From assembly GCA_964016885.1 (NCBI GenBank), contig OZ024742.1, forward strand, positions 5,580,001 through 5,644,000: 64,000 nucleotides of DNA, read 5' to 3'. This DNA comes from Eledone cirrhosa (Eukaryota). The notes beneath the pieces are model-generated. The model was not told the DNA's origin, made no database searches, and was given only the letters and a program-made list of their open reading frames with translations. Both the position numbers and the translations under genes were made by a program. This document shows, in pieces, positions 58,701 to 64,000 of this stretch (the first letter of the stretch is position 1; each line of letters begins with the position of its first letter).

Positions 58701-61700
58701 CAACAGCAACAGTAACAACAACAACAACAGCAACAGCAATAACAACAACAACAGCAACAGTAACAACAACAACAACAGCAACAGTAATAACAACAACAAC
58801 AGCAACAGTAATAACAACAACAACAACAGCAACAGTAATAACAACAACAACAGCAACAGTAACAACAACAACAATAGCAACAGTAATAACAACAACAACA
58901 GCAACAGTAATAACAACAACAACAACAGCAACAGTAATAACAACAACAACAGCAACAGTAACAACAACAACAATAGCAACAGTAACAACAACAACAACAG
59001 CAACAGTAACAACAACAACAACAGCAACAGTAACAACAACAACAACAGCAACAGTAATAACAACAACAACAGCAACAGTAACAACAACAACACCAACAGT
59101 AATAACAACGACAACAGCAACAATAACAACAACAACAACAACAGCAACAGTAATAACAACAACAACAGCAACAGTAACAACAACAACAACAGCAACAGTA
59201 ACAACAACAACAGCAACAGTAATAACGACAACAACTGTAACAGTAATAACAACAACAACAGCAACAGTAACAACAACAACAACAGCAACAGTAATAACAA
59301 CAACAACAGCAACAGTAATAACAACAACAACAGCAACAGTAACAACAACAACAACAACAACAGTAACAACAACAACAGCAACAGAAACAACAACAGTAAC
59401 AGTAATAACAACAACAACAGCAACAGTAACAACGACAACAACAGCAACAGTAACAACAACAACAACAGCGACAGTAATAACAACAACAACAGCAACAGTA
59501 AAAACAACAACAACAGCAACAGTAATAACAACAACAATAGCAACCGTAATAACAACAACAACAGCAACAGTAACAACAACAACAACAGCAACAGTAATAA
59601 TAACAACAACAACAACAACAGTAACAACAACAACAACAACAGTAACAACAACAACAATAGCAACAGTAATAACAACAACAACAGCAACAATAACAACAAC
59701 AACAACAACAACAGCAGCAGTAATAACAACAACAACAACAGTAACAACAAAAACAACAGCAACAGTAATAACAACAACAACAGCAACAGTAATAACAACA
59801 ACAACAGCAACAGTAATAACACCAACAACAGCAACAGTAATAACAACAACAACAACAGCAATAGTAACAACAACAACAACAGCAACAGTAACAACAACAA
59901 CAACAACAGCAACAGTAACAACAACAACAACAGCAACAGTAACAACAACTACAACAGCAACAGTAATAACAACTACAACAGCAACAGTAATAACAACAAC
60001 AACAACAACAGTAACAACAACAACAACAACAACAACAGCAACTGTAACAACAACAACAACAGCAACAGCAATAACAACAACAACAGCAACAGTAACAAGA
60101 ACAACAACAGCAACAGTAACAACAACAACAACAACAACAGCAACAGTAACAACAACAACAACAACTACAACATTAACAACAACAACAGCAACAGTAATAA
60201 CAACAACAACAGCAACAATAACAACAACAACGACAGCAACAGTAATAACAACAACAACTGCAACAGTAATAACAACAACAACAGCAACAGTAATAACAAC
60301 AACAACAGCAACAGTAACAACAACAACAACAACAGCAACAGTAACAACAACAACAACAACAACAGCAACAGTAACAACAACAACAACAGCAACAGTAATA
60401 TCAACAACAACAGTCAAAATAACAACAACAACGACAGCAACAGTAATAACAACAACAACTGCAACAGTAATAACAACAACAACAGCAACAGTAATAACAA
60501 CAACAACAGCAACAGTAACAACAACAACAACAGCAACAGTAACAACAACAACAACAACAACAGCAACAGTAACAACAACAACAACAGCAACAGTAATAAC
60601 AACAACAACAGCAACAATAACAACAAGAACGAAAACAACGGTAACAACAACAACAACAGCAACAGTAACAACAACAACAACAACAACAGCAGCAACAGTA
60701 ACAACAACAACAACAGCAACAGCAATAACAACAACAACAGCAACAGTAATAACAACAACAACAGCAACAGTAACAACAACACAACAGCAACAGTAACAAC
60801 AACAACAACAACAACAACAGCAACTGTAACAACAACAACAACACAACAGCAACAGTAACAACAACAACAACAACAACAACAGCAACTGTAACAACAACAA
60901 CAACAACAACAGCAACAATAACAACAACAACGACAGCAACAGTAATAACAACAACAAGTGCAAGAGTAATAACAACAACAACAGCAACAGTAATAACAAC
61001 AACAACTGCAACAGTAACAACAACAACAACAGCAACAGTAATAACAACAACAACAGCAACAGTAATAACAACAACAACAGCAACAGTAATAACAACAACA
61101 ACAGCAACAGTAACAACAACAACAACAGCAACAGTAATAACAACAACAACAGCAACAGTAATAACAACAACAACAGCAACAGTAATAACAACAACAACAG
61201 CAACAGTAATAACAACAACAACAGCAACAGTAATAACAACAACAACTGCAACAGTAACAACAACAACAACAATAGCAACAGTAACAACAACAGCAACAGT
61301 AACAACAACAACAACAGCAACAGTAACAACAACAACAACAGCAACAGTAATAACAACAACAACAGCAACAGTAACAACAGCAACATCAGCAACAGTAATA
61401 ACAACAACAACAGCAACAGTAATAACAACAACAACAACAGCAACAGTAATAACAACAACAACAGCAACAGTAACAACAACAACAATAGCAACAGTAATAA
61501 CAACAACAACAGCAACAGTAATAACAACAACAACAACAGCAACAGTAATAACAACAACAACAGCAACAGTAACAACAACAACAATAGCAACAGTAACAAC
61601 AACAACAACAGCAACAATAACAACAACAACAACAACAACAACAGCAGCAGTAATAACAACAACTACAACAGTAACAACAACTACAACAGCAACAGTAATA

Positions 61701-64000
61701 ACAACAACAACAGCAACAGTAACAACAACAACAGCAACAGTAACACCAACAACAACAGCAACAGTAACAACAACAACAACAGCAACAGTAATAACAACAA
61801 CAACAGCAACAGTAACAACAACAACAACAGCAACAGTAACAACAACAACAATAGCAACAGTAATAACAACAACAACAGCAACAGTAACAACAACAACAAC
61901 AGCAACAGTAACAACAACAACAATAGCAACAGTAATAACAACAACAACAGCAACAGTAACAACAACAACAACAGCAACAGTAACAACAACAACAGCAACA
62001 GTAACAACAACAACAATAGCAACAGTAATAACAACAACAACAGCAACAGTAACAACAACAAGAGCAACAGTAATAACAACAACAACTGCAACAGTAACAA
62101 CAACAACAACAACAGCAACAGTAATAACAACAACAACAGCAACAGTAATAACAACAACAGCAACAGTAATAACAACACAACAGCAACAGTAACAACAACA
62201 ACAACAGCAACAGTAATAACAACAACAATAGCAACAGTAATAACAACTACAACAGCAACAGTAATAACAACAACAACAGCAACAGTAACAACAACAACAA
62301 CAGCAACAGTAACAACAACAACAATAGCAACAGTAACAACAACAACAACAACAGGAAACAGTAATAACAACAACAGCAACAGTAACAACAACAACAACAG
62401 CAACAATAATAACAACAACAACTGCAACAGTAACAACAACAACAACAGCAACAGTAATAACAACAACAACAGCAACAGTAATAACAACAACAACAGCCAC
62501 AGTAACAACAACAACAACAGCAACAGTAATAACAACAACAACAGCAACAGTAACAACAACAAGAACAGCAACAGTAACAACAACAACAACAGCAACAGTA
62601 ATAACAACAATAACAGCAACAGTAATAACAACAACAACAGCAACAGTAATAACAACAACAACAGCAACCGTAACAACAACAACAACAACAGCAACAGTAA
62701 CAACAACAACAACAACAACAGCAACAGTAATAACAACAACAACAGCAACAGTAATAACAACAACAACAGCAACAGTAATAACAACAACCACAACAGTAAT
62801 AACAACAACAACAGCAACAGTAACAACAACAACCACAACAGTAATAACAACAACAACAGCAACAGTAACAACAACAACAGCAACAGTAATAACAACAACA
62901 ACAGCAACAGTAATAACAACAACAACAGCAACCGTAACAACAACAACAACAACAGCAACAGTAACAACAACAACAACAACAACAGCAACAGTAATAACAA
63001 CAACAACAGCAACAGTAATAACAACAACAACAGCAACAGTAATAACAACAACCACAACAGTAATAACAACAACAACAGCAACAGTAACAACAACAACCAC
63101 AACAGTAATAACAACAACAACAGCAACAGTAACAACAACAACAGCAACAGTAATAACAACAACAACAGCAACAGTAACAACAACAACAACAGCAACAGTA
63201 ACAACAACAACAACAGCAACAGTAGTAACAACAACAACAGCAACAGTAACAACAACAACAACAGCAACAGTAACAACAACAACAACAACAACAGTAATAA
63301 CAACAACAACAGCAACAGTAACAACAACAACAACAACAGCAACAGTAACAACAACAACAACAGCAACAGTAATAACAACAACAACAGTAACAGTAACAAC
63401 AAAAACAACAGCAACAGTAATAACAACAACAACAGCAACAGTAACAACAACAACAACAGCAACAGTAATAACAACAGCAACAGTAACAGTAACAACAAAA
63501 ACAACAGCAACAGTAACAACAACAACAACAGCAACAGTAACAACAACTACAACAGCAACAGTAATAACAACAACAACAACAGCAACAGTAACAACAACAA
63601 CAACAGCAACAGTAATAACAACTACAACAGCAACAGTAATAACAACAACAACAGCAACAGTAACAACAACTACAACAGCAACAGTAATAACAACAACAAC
63701 AGCAACAGTAATAACAACAACAACAGCAACAGTAACAACAACAACACAACAGCAACAGTAATAACAACAACAACAGCAATAGTAACAACAACAACAGCAA
63801 CAGTAATAACAACAACAACAGCAACAGTAACAACAACAACAACAGCAACAGTAATAACAACAACAACAGCAACAGTAATAACAACAACAACAGCAACAGT
63901 AACAACAACAACAACAGCAACAACAACAACAACAACAACAACAACAGCAACAACAACAACAGCAACAGTAATAACAACAACAACAGCAACAGTAATAACA
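36423..64000. repeat. AAC-based satellite, ~21-24-bp unit GCA ACA GTA (ATA) (ACA)n, with kb-scale higher-order repeats; runs off the window
   Basis: Direct reading. Rare variants recur at ~3267-bp and ~3708-bp spacing. Confidence 0.97.

Noticed and set aside
36394-63989. Giant ORFs up to 3991 aa (poly-L/V/C, or Thr/Asn-rich)
   Set aside because: Almost single-codon usage (ACA/AAC), frame switches from Thr to Asn, and a start right after a splice-donor-like site. They are satellite artefacts unless transcripts show otherwise.

Overview
Repeat-dominated animal genomic DNA, most likely a coleoid cephalopod such as Octopus. That assignment is inferred from the SINE type and microsatellite load, not proven. 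About 50 kb is triplet-based satellite: a CAC/CAT/CAA array (6.6-29.2 kb), a TAG/TGG array (29.2-31.4 kb) and an AAC-based array with kb-scale higher-order repeats (36.4-64 kb). Nearly all long ORFs in the track are artefacts of these arrays. The only full-length protein is a frameshifted hAT transposase (minus strand, 20.9-23.6 kb) inserted in the first satellite. It has one TIR, a fold-back junction at the other end and a possible captured spliced gene fragment. The most striking signal is in the ~11 kb of remaining complex DNA: about 12 type I hammerhead ribozyme motifs (about 7 with intact cores) from several families. They include a 4-copy family with a very long stem II, a pseudoknotted copy, and an inverted pair flanking the C-terminal endonuclease remnant of a Penelope-like element. 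All folds were paired by eye, and none was computed or tested.
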